This document shows, piece after piece, positions 8,672-17,227 of a stretch of 31,123 nucleotides of DNA. A model generated the notes under the pieces. It was not told the DNA's origin. It was given only the letters and a program-made list of their open reading frames with translations, and searched no databases. This DNA is from a virus. Its lineage: Duplodnaviria; Caudoviricetes. The stretch is from IMG/VR virus record IMGVR_UViG_3300006872_000197, positions 1 through 31,123 of that record; one strand, written 5' to 3'. Within the stretch, counting starts at the first letter, position 1. Each line of letters starts with the position of its first letter. The translations under genes were made by a program, and so were the position numbers.

Positions 8672-9301
8672 ATGACGCAACCGGCTCCCCCCGCGAATCG
8701 CATTTCTTATGGCGACCGGTATGATGCCGCTTTCGTCGAACTGATGGGCGTCGAGGGTGGCCATGTCAACGATGCCGCCGATCGCGGCGGCGAAACCAAA
8801 TACGGCATCTCGCTGCGGTTCCTGGTCGCCGAGGGCGCGATCGACCGCAACGGCGACGGCTTCGGCGATTTCGACCTGGATATGGACGGCGATATCGATG
8901 GTGGCGATATCCGGCGGCTGACCGTCGATCACGCCCGCGATCTCTATCACCGCTGTTTCTGGCAACGGCTCGACGCCGCCAGTTTCGCGCGCCCGCTCGG
9001 CGAAATGCTGTTCGACCAGGCGGTCAACGGCGGGATCGTCGCGGCGCGCAAGCTGCTCCAGCGCGCGATCAACAGGGTGATGCGCCGCGCGTTCCTTGTC
9101 GTCGATGGCGATATCGGCCCGAAGACGCTGGCCGCGCTCGATCAGCTTCTCAAGACGCCGGGCTTCGGCATGCCGCGCATCGTCGTCGCCTATCGCGAGG
9201 AAGCGCGCCAGCGCTATCGCGAGATCGTCGATGCCCATCCGTCGCAGGCGAAGTTCCTGAAGGGCTGGCTGCGCCGTGCGGACCGGCTCGGGCGGGTCTG
9301 A
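8672..9301 (+). CDS. endolysin, glycoside hydrolase family 108 with PG-binding C-terminus
   Basis: EGGHVNDAADRGGETKYGIS catalytic motif, LFDQAVNGG, VDGDIGPKT, KFLKGWLRR. Confidence 0.92.
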   Translation: MTQPAPPANRISYGDRYDAAFVELMGVEGGHVNDAADRGGETKYGISLRFLVAEGAIDRNGDGFGDFDLDMDGDIDGGDIRRLTVDHARDLYHRCFWQRLDAASFARPLGEMLFDQAVNGGIVAARKLLQRAINRVMRRAFLVVDGDIGPKTLAALDQLLKTPGFGMPRIVVAYREEARQRYREIVDAHPSQAKFLKGWLRRADRLGRV

Positions 9302-9831
9302 TGTTCGGTCTCCCATTGCCCTGGTTCCGGTTGTTCGGCGGTATCGCACTCGGGCTTGGCGTGATGGTCGCCGGCTGGCTGATCAAGGACCGCTTCGTCC
9401 AGGCGCGTGCCGCCGCCGATGCCCGCGCGTGCAACGTGGCCGCGGCAGACGATCTCGAGACCACCGCGCGCTGCCTTCCCGGCCTTGCCGCCGCGATCGA
9501 GGATGCCCGGCATGCGCGGCTCTGCGGTGAGGTTATTGCAAGGCCGGATCGCGCCCAGGCGCTGTTCGCGATCCGAGCGAGCTGTCCCGCGGGCGTGCTG
9601 CGGGAAGTCGCCGCGCGCGCCGCCGCCGAAGCCTCACTGGTCGTCGCCCGCTCGGAAATCGACCGGTTGCGCGGCGATCAGCTTGCTGCGGTCGAACGCG
9701 CCGAAGCGCGTGTCTCCGCCATCATCGAACGAAAGGGGAAAGCCGATGCCGCGATCCAGACCGCACCGCGCCGCGCGGATGGTGGGGTTGTGTGCGATGC
9801 TCGCTGCCTGCGCGACCTCGCCGGGCAATAG
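9301..9831 (+). CDS. putative i-spanin (Rz-like)
   Basis: N-terminal TM helix, Ala-rich coiled coil, six Cys; follows the endolysin and overlaps a lipoprotein ORF. Confidence 0.7.
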   Translation: MFGLPLPWFRLFGGIALGLGVMVAGWLIKDRFVQARAAADARACNVAAADDLETTARCLPGLAAAIEDARHARLCGEVIARPDRAQALFAIRASCPAGVLREVAARAAAEASLVVARSEIDRLRGDQLAAVERAEARVSAIIERKGKADAAIQTAPRRADGGVVCDARCLRDLAGQ

Positions 9832-10054
9832 GCCGCGCGCGATCGTCGATCCGGTGATCGAAACCCGCATCGAAAGCCGGACGGTCTGCCCGCCCGAAGT
9901 AGCCGCAGCGTTGCCGGCGGAGCCGGTGATGCCGGCCAATGCGGCGATCGAGGCCAGCGAGGCCGTGCTTGCGTGGATCGGCGCACGATTCCGGCGCGAG
10001 GAGCTGCTCGATCAACGCCTCGCCGATGCGCGAAAGGCATGCCCCAATGACTGA
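9746..10054 (+). CDS. putative o-spanin lipoprotein (Rz1-like)
   Basis: AAAGGGG SD; basic n-region and lipobox in MPRSRPHRAARMVGLCAMLAAC; Pro-rich mature part; overlaps the i-spanin 3' end. Confidence 0.7.
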   Translation: MPRSRPHRAARMVGLCAMLAACATSPGNRPRAIVDPVIETRIESRTVCPPEVAAALPAEPVMPANAAIEASEAVLAWIGARFRREELLDQRLADARKACPND

Positions 10055-12074
10055 TTTCGAGGCGCGGACGATCGCGCAGCTGCCGTCGGCGGCGTTCGTT
10101 CCCGATGACGCGCTGGTGCCGGTCGCCACGCCCGATGGCGTTGCGATGAGTGTTCCCGTCGGCGCGCTGTTCAACAAATATCTCGCGGTCGATGTTGTGT
10201 ATGAGACCGCGGCAGAGCTGACAGCCGATCTGGCGCATGCCGACGGCGCGATTGCGCTGGTTTATGCCGATCCCGAAAGCGAGAATTCGACCTACTGGCT
10301 CAAAAGCGGCGCGTCGGGGGCGGGTGCCTGGACGCGGACCAACATCGGCCGGGGGCTCCCGGGTCCGCCCGGCAGCGACGGGTCGCAGATCGGCACGCGC
10401 GCCCAGGCGGCGGCAAGCACGATCGCGCCCGAGCTCAAGCGCCTGTCGACGATCGGCTTCGCCTCGCTAGCCGACGGCGGCGGCGCCCATTATCGCCGCG
10501 TCGATGCCCAACCGGCGCATCCCGGCAGGTTTCGTTCGGTCGATCGCTATCTTTCGGACGGCGTGACGATCAGCGCGCTCAACGGCGGCTGGTGGGAAAT
10601 CGACGAGACTGAGCTTTATGTCGAGATGTTCGGCGCGATCGGCAACGATGTCGCCAACGATCTCGCCGCGGTCAACGATGCCTTCGCGACGTGGAAAGCG
10701 CAGCGCCGTCCGCTTAATTTCAGCAAGGGGAAAACCTATTTTCTCGGCGACCGCACAATCGCCAACGAAGCGTCCAGCCGCATCAATCTGGACAACGTCT
10801 CGGGTATCGTCCGCGGCAACGGTGCGTGGCTCCGGGTGAACACCACAGAGGTTGTCTCTCCCTATGTGATCCTGATCTATCGGCACGATGGACTGACCAT
10901 CAGCGATCTCAACGTCAACGACACTGGCGGCGTCGATCTGCTGGACAATCGCGGTGCGAATGCGTTCTCGCTGGCGGCCAGTTCGGGCATACATCGTGGC
11001 TTCAGCCTGATCAGGTGTTCGGCGCTCAACTGCTCCAGCCTGTTCGGCACAACCCCGGCCGGCTATGCGGGTGCGGAACGGATTGAGAAGATTGATATCC
11101 AGTCCTGCTACGCCGAAAATTGCTATTACGGGCTCAACTGCATCGAGCAGGGCGACAATCTTGTCGCGACCCTGACGACCAGGAATTGCCGACGCTCCTA
11201 TTTCGCATATGGCTGCTCGGGCCACCGTGTGTCGGTGGACATATTCCACGACAATCCGCCGTCTAAAGGCGCGAATGCGTGCTGCCTTATCAAGCGCTAT
11301 GCACGCGACACGACCAGCATTCAGCTCCACGCGCGGTTTCACGGATCACTCGGCGGGTTTAGCAACCTCGTCAAGATCGAGCATCAGCCGCCTGTCGATG
11401 GCGCTTCGACGATCGATGACATCGACGTCCGGATCGATGTCGACAAGGGGATTGCCGACGAGCTGGGGGCCACGCGTCTCTCGTTGTCGAGCTTCACGGC
11501 TGCTGGCGTCGAGCAGGGCGCGACCGCCAATGTCTGGAGCAATATCCGTCTCGGCGGGCGGATCGGCAATGTCGACGGGGCCTATCATATTCAGGTTCGC
11601 GCGCAGCCGACGAACGAGGCCCTAATCGCGATAGCGAACGGCACTCCGATCAAGCTCGACCAGATCCAGATACCCGGCTGCGCGCTGCTGCTCGCACCAG
11701 GGCATGAAATGCGCCAGGTGTTCGGCGACATCACCGCCAATCCGGTGCTGATCCCGGTGCGACCGCTGCGTTCGCGCTCGTTCGCGATGCGGATCAGGGC
11801 ATTCGCGCTGGCCGATACCGCCGGGCTGGCAGCCCAGAAATCGACCTATCGCGAGGATCTGCTGCTCGGCTTCAACAGCGGCGAAGGCGTGCCGGGAATC
11901 GTCAAGCAGGCGGCGGCCGTCGCTCCGATCATCGCGCCCGACGCCGACCCGGGCGCGACCGTCAACTATGACCTGTCCGGCGAAAACGTCCGGGTCAGCT
12001 TTGCCGGGGCCGGCTATGCCGGACCCAACGGCTTTGCGCGGGTCGATACCTTTTACGAGAGCAATCTCAAATGA
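10047..12074 (+). CDS. tailspike/fibre-like protein with predicted right-handed beta-helix (putative polysaccharide depolymerase)
   Basis: GFASLADGGGAHY and GGWWEI..YVEMFGAIGNDVANDLAAVNDAF (pectate-lyase-3-type cap) followed by a beta-rich Asn/Cys-ladder-like region. Confidence 0.72.
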   Translation: MTDFEARTIAQLPSAAFVPDDALVPVATPDGVAMSVPVGALFNKYLAVDVVYETAAELTADLAHADGAIALVYADPESENSTYWLKSGASGAGAWTRTNIGRGLPGPPGSDGSQIGTRAQAAASTIAPELKRLSTIGFASLADGGGAHYRRVDAQPAHPGRFRSVDRYLSDGVTISALNGGWWEIDETELYVEMFGAIGNDVANDLAAVNDAFATWKAQRRPLNFSKGKTYFLGDRTIANEASSRINLDNVSGIVRGNGAWLRVNTTEVVSPYVILIYRHDGLTISDLNVNDTGGVDLLDNRGANAFSLAASSGIHRGFSLIRCSALNCSSLFGTTPAGYAGAERIEKIDIQSCYAENCYYGLNCIEQGDNLVATLTTRNCRRSYFAYGCSGHRVSVDIFHDNPPSKGANACCLIKRYARDTTSIQLHARFHGSLGGFSNLVKIEHQPPVDGASTIDDIDVRIDVDKGIADELGATRLSLSSFTAAGVEQGATANVWSNIRLGGRIGNVDGAYHIQVRAQPTNEALIAIANGTPIKLDQIQIPGCALLLAPGHEMRQVFGDITANPVLIPVRPLRSRSFAMRIRAFALADTAGLAAQKSTYREDLLLGFNSGEGVPGIVKQAAAVAPIIAPDADPGATVNYDLSGENVRVSFAGAGYAGPNGFARVDTFYESNLK

Positions 12075-12481
12075 TCCGCCCGTCGCTTCTGGTCCCGATG
12101 CTGTGGCCCGGCTCTGCGCTTGCGGTGGCCAGCGAAGGCGCAGGGCATGCCGCCGCGCCGATGATCGTCACGGTCGGCGAGCTGTCGATCCCGGTCATCA
12201 CCGCTGGTTTCGCGGTGATCGGGGTGCTGGCGGCGCGCCCGTTGAGCCCGCGCGGCAATCCGCCGCTCAGCCTGGCGCGCAACATCCTGGTGACAGTGAT
12301 CCTGTGCCTGGTCAGCCTGTTCTGGGTGATCGAAAGCCGGCCCGGGCTGCTGTTCAGCTTCATCGTGTCGATCGGGCTCGGCTTCTCGGGCTTCGCGATC
12401 ATCGAACTGGCGGGGGCCGAAGTCCTCGCCTTCCTGCGGCGCGTCTTCGCCAGCATCAACCCGAAAGGAGGCAGCCAGTGA
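12071..12481 (+). CDS. putative holin
   Basis: Three or four hydrophobic segments, basic C-terminus, position in the lysis operon. Confidence 0.6.
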   Translation: MIRPSLLVPMLWPGSALAVASEGAGHAAAPMIVTVGELSIPVITAGFAVIGVLAARPLSPRGNPPLSLARNILVTVILCLVSLFWVIESRPGLLFSFIVSIGLGFSGFAIIELAGAEVLAFLRRVFASINPKGGSQ

Positions 12482-12786
12482 CCGATTGGCTCGAATTCGC
12501 GATCATCGCGGTCATCATCGGCGGAATCGCACTGGCGGTGTTCCGCGCCGGCGCGGCCAATCCCGAACCGACAGGCGCGATCGGCAAGGAAGTCGGCACG
12601 CTCAAGAACCGGATCAGCCACATTGAAAAGGCGGTCGCCGAAATCCGCGCAAGCGCCGCGACCTCCGACGATATCGAGGTGATCCGCGCCGAAATGAAAG
12701 GCGACCGCGAGCTGTCGGCGCGCACCTACGCCAGCGTGCAGCGGATCGAGAATTTCCTGATTGAGAAAGGTCTGGGAGGCCGCTGA
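12478..12786 (+). CDS. Mu gp25-like membrane-anchored coiled-coil protein (DUF2730-like)
   Basis: AAAGGAGG SD and GTG start; N-terminal TM plus coiled coil ending RIENFLIEKG; precedes gp26. Confidence 0.65.
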   Translation: MTDWLEFAIIAVIIGGIALAVFRAGAANPEPTGAIGKEVGTLKNRISHIEKAVAEIRASAATSDDIEVIRAEMKGDRELSARTYASVQRIENFLIEKGLGGR

Positions 12787-13094
12787 TGGACTATGCAGAG
12801 CATCTTTCCGCCCACATCCGCCTGACGATCCTGCGCCTGCTGGCCGAGCAGCAGAGCTATTTCGCCAATGATGCGGTGCTGACCAGCGGCGTCCAGGCGA
12901 TGGGGCTGCCGTGCACCCGCGAACAGGTGCGTGGGCACATCGCGTGGCTCGAGGAGCAGCGCCTGGTGACGGTGACGATCGCGCGCGGCGGTGCCGGCCC
13001 GATGACCGTGGCCGCGCTGACCGAGCGTGGCGGCGACGTCGCGGCCGGTCGGTCGGTGGTGCCCGGCGTCCAGCGCCCCAGCCCGGGCGGCTGA
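12786..13094 (+). CDS. Mu gp26-like winged-helix protein
   Basis: RLTILRLL...WLEEQRLV...LTERGGDVAAGRSVVPGVQRPSP signature. Confidence 0.85.
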   Translation: MDYAEHLSAHIRLTILRLLAEQQSYFANDAVLTSGVQAMGLPCTREQVRGHIAWLEEQRLVTVTIARGGAGPMTVAALTERGGDVAAGRSVVPGVQRPSPGG

Positions 13095-13099
13095 CCGCG

Positions 13100-13663
13100 A
13101 TGCGGCGCAAGCCCGCCCGTCCGTCGAGCATCGACCGGCTCGATCCCGAGATCCGCAAGCTGATCGCCGATCTTCGGATCGAGCGCGGCTGGACGATCGA
13201 CGAGATCAAGGCACAGCTGAGCAAGCTCGGCCATGGCGACGTCTCGCGATCGGCGCTCGGCCGGCACGTCCGCACGCTGGCCGCCGTCGGCCAGCAGATG
13301 CGCGAGACCCAGATCTATGCCGAGGCGCTGGCGCGCGAGGCCGGCGACGCGTCCCAGAGCCGGATGATCGATTTGAACGCCCAGCTGCTCCAGGCCAACA
13401 TGTTCCGGCTGATGCTGGCCGAAAAGGACGGCGAGGGCATCCAGCTCAGCCCCAAGGAGGCCAAGGAATTCTCCGAGGCGCTGCGCAACATCGCCCAGGC
13501 GCGCCGCGCCGATTTCGAGCTCATCGAAAAAGCCGAGAAACGCGCCGCCGAAAAGGCGACCCGGGCCGCCGCCGAGAACGCGACCCGCGCCGCGCGGTCG
13601 AAGGGCCTGTCGAAGGACACCGTCGAAGCGATCCGCTTCGCCGTGCTGGGGAGTGACCAATGA
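13100..13663 (+). CDS. Mu gp27-like small terminase (DUF3486)
   Basis: PSSIDRLDPEIR...VSRSALGRH...GLSKDTVEAIRFAVLG signature. Confidence 0.88.
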   Translation: MRRKPARPSSIDRLDPEIRKLIADLRIERGWTIDEIKAQLSKLGHGDVSRSALGRHVRTLAAVGQQMRETQIYAEALAREAGDASQSRMIDLNAQLLQANMFRLMLAEKDGEGIQLSPKEAKEFSEALRNIAQARRADFELIEKAEKRAAEKATRAAAENATRAARSKGLSKDTVEAIRFAVLGSDQ

Positions 13664-13821
13664 AATCCATGCCCGACGAACCCCGCCCGGTTGACGATTT
13701 CATGGACGACGATCCCATGGATTACATCTGCATGCTGTGCGGGCTGGAAGGGCCTCCCGAAGAATTCGGCTGCGGATTTTACTGCCGCGAGTGCGCTTAC
13801 GAAGACGGGTTCGACGCGTGA
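13660..13821 (+). CDS. 53-aa acidic zinc-ribbon microprotein (not in ORF track)
   Basis: MKSMPDEPRPVDDFMDDDPMDYICMLCGLEGPPEEFGCGFYCRECAYEDGFDA; ATGA and GTGA overlaps with both neighbours. Confidence 0.7.
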   Translation: MKSMPDEPRPVDDFMDDDPMDYICMLCGLEGPPEEFGCGFYCRECAYEDGFDA

Positions 13822-14069
13822 GCGGAATCGACCTGCTGATCACCGACAGGCTTGTCGAGCAATTTGCCGAGCTTATGCCGGTCAGCGGCCAACCGCGCCC
13901 GACCTCACTTCGCGGATGGCCACGCCCTAACGGGTACTGGCGGAAGATCGTCGTCGAATATCCGAACGGTTGGGTGCTGACCATCAATTTCAATCAGCGC
14001 GGACAGGCGTCCTCATCGCATGCGCGCTTCAAGTTCAAGAGCGTAATTCGCCCCGAGCCGCCGCAATGA
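13818..14069 (+). CDS. hypothetical 83-aa protein
   Basis: GTG at 13818 overlaps the previous stop; its stop overlaps the terminase ATG. Confidence 0.6.
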   Translation: MSGIDLLITDRLVEQFAELMPVSGQPRPTSLRGWPRPNGYWRKIVVEYPNGWVLTINFNQRGQASSSHARFKFKSVIRPEPPQ

Positions 14070-15574
14070 AGCCCGCTCTTGCCGCCGCCGAACGAACTGC
14101 CGAGCGTGCCGCTGCCGAGCAGACGTTCGTCCGCCTGCCGCGCGGCGACCTGCTGCTAGGTTATCAGCGCCGCACCGTCGACCTGCTGTTCGCCGGCACC
14201 GCGCTGGTGGTGATCGAAAAGTCGCGTCGCATCGGCCTGACCTGGGCCGTTGCCGCCTTCGCCGCCTTGAAGGCCAGCGCCGCAGCCGAGGCCGGCGGGC
14301 AGAACATCTGGTACATCGGCTATGAAAAGGAAATGACGCTCGAGTTCATCGAGGTCTGCGCGATGTGGTGCCGCGCGTTCGCGCTGATCTCGGGCGACAT
14401 CGAGGAGGAAGAGGTCCTCGACGAGGAAAGCGGCCAGCCGGTCAAGATGTTCTCGATCCGCCTGGCCTCGGGCTTCCGCATCACCGCATTGGCCTCGGTT
14501 CCGCGCAAGCTGCGCGGCAAGCAGGGCATCGTGATCGTCGACGAGGCGTCATACCACAAGGACGTCGCGGCAGTGCTCAAGGCGGCGATGGCGCTGCTGA
14601 TCTGGGGCGGCCAGGTCATCGTCATTGCGACCCATGACGGCGTGTCGAACGGGTTCAACCTGCTATTGGGCCAGATCCGCAGCGGCGAGCGCAAGGGCGT
14701 GCCGGTCAGGATCACCTTCCAGGACGCGATCGCCGACGGTCTTTATGAACGCGCCGTGCTGGTCGCCCGGACCAGGGGTGTCGAGATCGAGCCAAAGGAC
14801 CAGTGGATCGACGACATCTACGGTTACTATGGCGAGGATGCGTCCGAAGAGCTCGACTGCGTGCCAAAAATCGGCTCGGGCTCACTGCTGTCGATCGAGG
14901 ACATCGCCGCGTGCGAGCATGAGGATTGCGGCATCGCGGAGCTTTACCAGGGCGGCATCTGCTACATCGGCCGCGACGTCGCGCGCCGCCGCGACGGCCA
15001 GATCCAGTATTGCATGGAAATGATCGGCGACGTGCTGTGGCAGCGCGACACCTATGAGGAAGTGGGGCAGAGCTTCGCGCACCAGGACGCGTTCTTCAAC
15101 GGGCTGTTCAAGACGCGGCGGATCAGCAGCGCCTGGATCGACCAGACCGGCATGGGCGAAAAGGTGGTCGAGGATCTGCAGCGGCTCCACGGTGCCCGCG
15201 TCCACGGCGAGCTGCTGACCGGGCCGTCGCGGCTCGACATCGCGCTGTCCTTGAAGAAGCGCTTCGAGGAACACCGCATCCGCATCCGCTTCGATCCGGT
15301 GACGCGCGCCGACCTGCTCGCGATCAAGAAGGTCGGCAGCGAGGAATCGGGGGGCGTTCGTATCGTCAACGACGGCCAGGTTCATGCCGACCGCTTCTGG
15401 GCCTATGGCCTGGCGAGCCGCGCGGCCGATCTGCCGCCGGCGATGTATGCCTATGCCGGCGTGCCCAAGGGCTGGCGCGGCGATCCGCGCCGCGCCGGCT
15501 TCGACGGCCGCCGCGCCGATGACCGGCCCGATCGGCATGGCCGGGGCAGCCGTTTCACGAAAGGATGTTTCTAG
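14066..15574 (+). CDS. terL: terminase large subunit (Mu gp28)
   Basis: EKSRRIGLTW Walker A, IVDEAS Walker B, GRDVARRRD, IDQTGMG and HADRFWA nuclease motifs. Confidence 0.94.
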   Translation: MKPALAAAERTAERAAAEQTFVRLPRGDLLLGYQRRTVDLLFAGTALVVIEKSRRIGLTWAVAAFAALKASAAAEAGGQNIWYIGYEKEMTLEFIEVCAMWCRAFALISGDIEEEEVLDEESGQPVKMFSIRLASGFRITALASVPRKLRGKQGIVIVDEASYHKDVAAVLKAAMALLIWGGQVIVIATHDGVSNGFNLLLGQIRSGERKGVPVRITFQDAIADGLYERAVLVARTRGVEIEPKDQWIDDIYGYYGEDASEELDCVPKIGSGSLLSIEDIAACEHEDCGIAELYQGGICYIGRDVARRRDGQIQYCMEMIGDVLWQRDTYEEVGQSFAHQDAFFNGLFKTRRISSAWIDQTGMGEKVVEDLQRLHGARVHGELLTGPSRLDIALSLKKRFEEHRIRIRFDPVTRADLLAIKKVGSEESGGVRIVNDGQVHADRFWAYGLASRAADLPPAMYAYAGVPKGWRGDPRRAGFDGRRADDRPDRHGRGSRFTKGCF

Positions 15575-17227
15575 ATGGTCGTCGCGCCCCCGCTCGTCTT
15601 TCCCAACGGCCAGCTGATGCGCCCCAAGGAGCTGCAGCGCGAAATCGCCGCGCCGCGGATGATGTCGGTGCGCTCGATCCATTCGGGCCATCCGGCGAAC
15701 GGCATGACCGCGGGGCGACTGGGGCAGATGCTGCTCGCCGCCGAGCAGGGCGACGCCACCGCCTATCTCGAGCTCGCCGAGGACATGGAGGAGAAGGACC
15801 TTCACTATCTCTCGGTGCTCGGCACGCGCAAGCGCGCGGTGGCGCAGCTCGACATCACCGTCGAGGCCGCGAGCGACAGCGCCGAGCACAAGGCCGACGC
15901 CGAACTGGTCAAGCAGTGGCTCGATCGCGACACGCTCGAAGAGGAAATCTTCGACATCCTCGATGCGATCGGCAAGGGCTATTCGGTGTGCGAGATCATC
16001 TGGGAGATGACCTCCAGCACCTGGCTGCCGCTTGAGCTCAAGTGGCGCGACCCGCGCTGGTTCGAATTCGACCGGATCGACGGCGAGACGCTGCGGCTGC
16101 GCACCGCCGGCGAGCCCGAGCCGCTGTCGGCGGCCAAATTCATCGTTCACAAGGCCAAGGCCAAATCGGGATTGCCGATCCGCGGCGGCCTCGCCCGCGC
16201 GGTCGCCTGGGGCTATATGTTCAAGAATTTCTCGATGAAGGACTGGCTGTCGTTCCTCGAGGTGTTCGGGCTGCCGTTCCGGGTCGGGCGCTATGACAAT
16301 GGCGAGAGCGAGGAGAACATCGCGATCCTGATGGACGCGGTCGCGCAGCTCGGCGCCGACGCGGCAGCGGTGTTCCCGCGCACGATGGACGTCGAGTTCA
16401 TCGACGGCAAAACGGGGGCCGCGCCCGCCGACCTTTGGAAGGCCATGGCCGACTATATCGACGAACAGGTTTCCAAGGCCGTGCTCGGCCAGACCAACAG
16501 CGCCGATGCCAAGGCCGGCGGGCTCGGGTCGGGCCAGGCCGAACTGCACAACGATGTGCGCGGCGACATCGAGCGGGCCGATGCCAAGCAGCTCGCCGCC
16601 ACGCTCAACCGCGATCTCGTCCGCCCGATCGTGATCCTCAACAACGGCCCGCGCGACCGCTACCCCCGGCTCAAGATCGGCCGGCCCGACCAGGTCGATG
16701 TCGAAGCCATGGTGACCGCCGCCGAGCGGCTGGTGCCGCTGGGCATGAAGGTCGGCGCGCGCCAGCTGCGCGAGGCGGTCGGCCTTCCCGAGCCCGAGGC
16801 CGGCGAGGAGGTTCTGGCGCCGGCGCAAAATCCCGCCCAGGACGTGCCGGAAGGCGAAAGTGGCCCCTTACCACCTGAAAGCCGTCCGACCCACCTCTTA
16901 GACCCTCTTAAATCGCCCACAGGGGGCAATCGCGAGCCGGTCGAGCGTGCCGCTTCGGCCAGCACGGCAGATCGCCCCGATCCGATCGCGCTGGCGGCCG
17001 ACGAGGCGCTCGACGACTGGGAGGCGCTGATGACCCCGGTGCTCGCGCCGATCGATGCGCTGGTGGCTTCGGCGACCAGTCTCGAGGAGGTCCGCTCGGG
17101 GCTGATCGGCGCGCTGGCGCAGATGGACGAAACCCGGCTGACCGAGCTCGTCCGGCGCGCGCGGTTCGGCGCGCGCCTGCAGGGCGACGCCGATGCCCGC
17201 GCCGCGATGGACGATGGCAATGGCTGA
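15575..17227 (+). CDS. portal protein (Mu gp29, DUF935)
   Basis: MEEKDLHYLSVLGTRKRAV, FLEVFGLPFRVGRY, SKAVLGQT motifs. Confidence 0.94.
   Translation: MVVAPPLVFPNGQLMRPKELQREIAAPRMMSVRSIHSGHPANGMTAGRLGQMLLAAEQGDATAYLELAEDMEEKDLHYLSVLGTRKRAVAQLDITVEAASDSAEHKADAELVKQWLDRDTLEEEIFDILDAIGKGYSVCEIIWEMTSSTWLPLELKWRDPRWFEFDRIDGETLRLRTAGEPEPLSAAKFIVHKAKAKSGLPIRGGLARAVAWGYMFKNFSMKDWLSFLEVFGLPFRVGRYDNGESEENIAILMDAVAQLGADAAAVFPRTMDVEFIDGKTGAAPADLWKAMADYIDEQVSKAVLGQTNSADAKAGGLGSGQAELHNDVRGDIERADAKQLAATLNRDLVRPIVILNNGPRDRYPRLKIGRPDQVDVEAMVTAAERLVPLGMKVGARQLREAVGLPEPEAGEEVLAPAQNPAQDVPEGESGPLPPESRPTHLLDPLKSPTGGNREPVERAASASTADRPDPIALAADEALDDWEALMTPVLAPIDALVASATSLEEVRSGLIGALAQMDETRLTELVRRARFGARLQGDADARAAMDDGNG

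Noticed and set aside
14882-16828. Long minus-strand ORFs (648 aa here; also 23407-25245, 25940-27535, 27265-28782, 4856-6283)
   Set aside because: Antisense shadows of high-GC3 genes with no recognisable motifs
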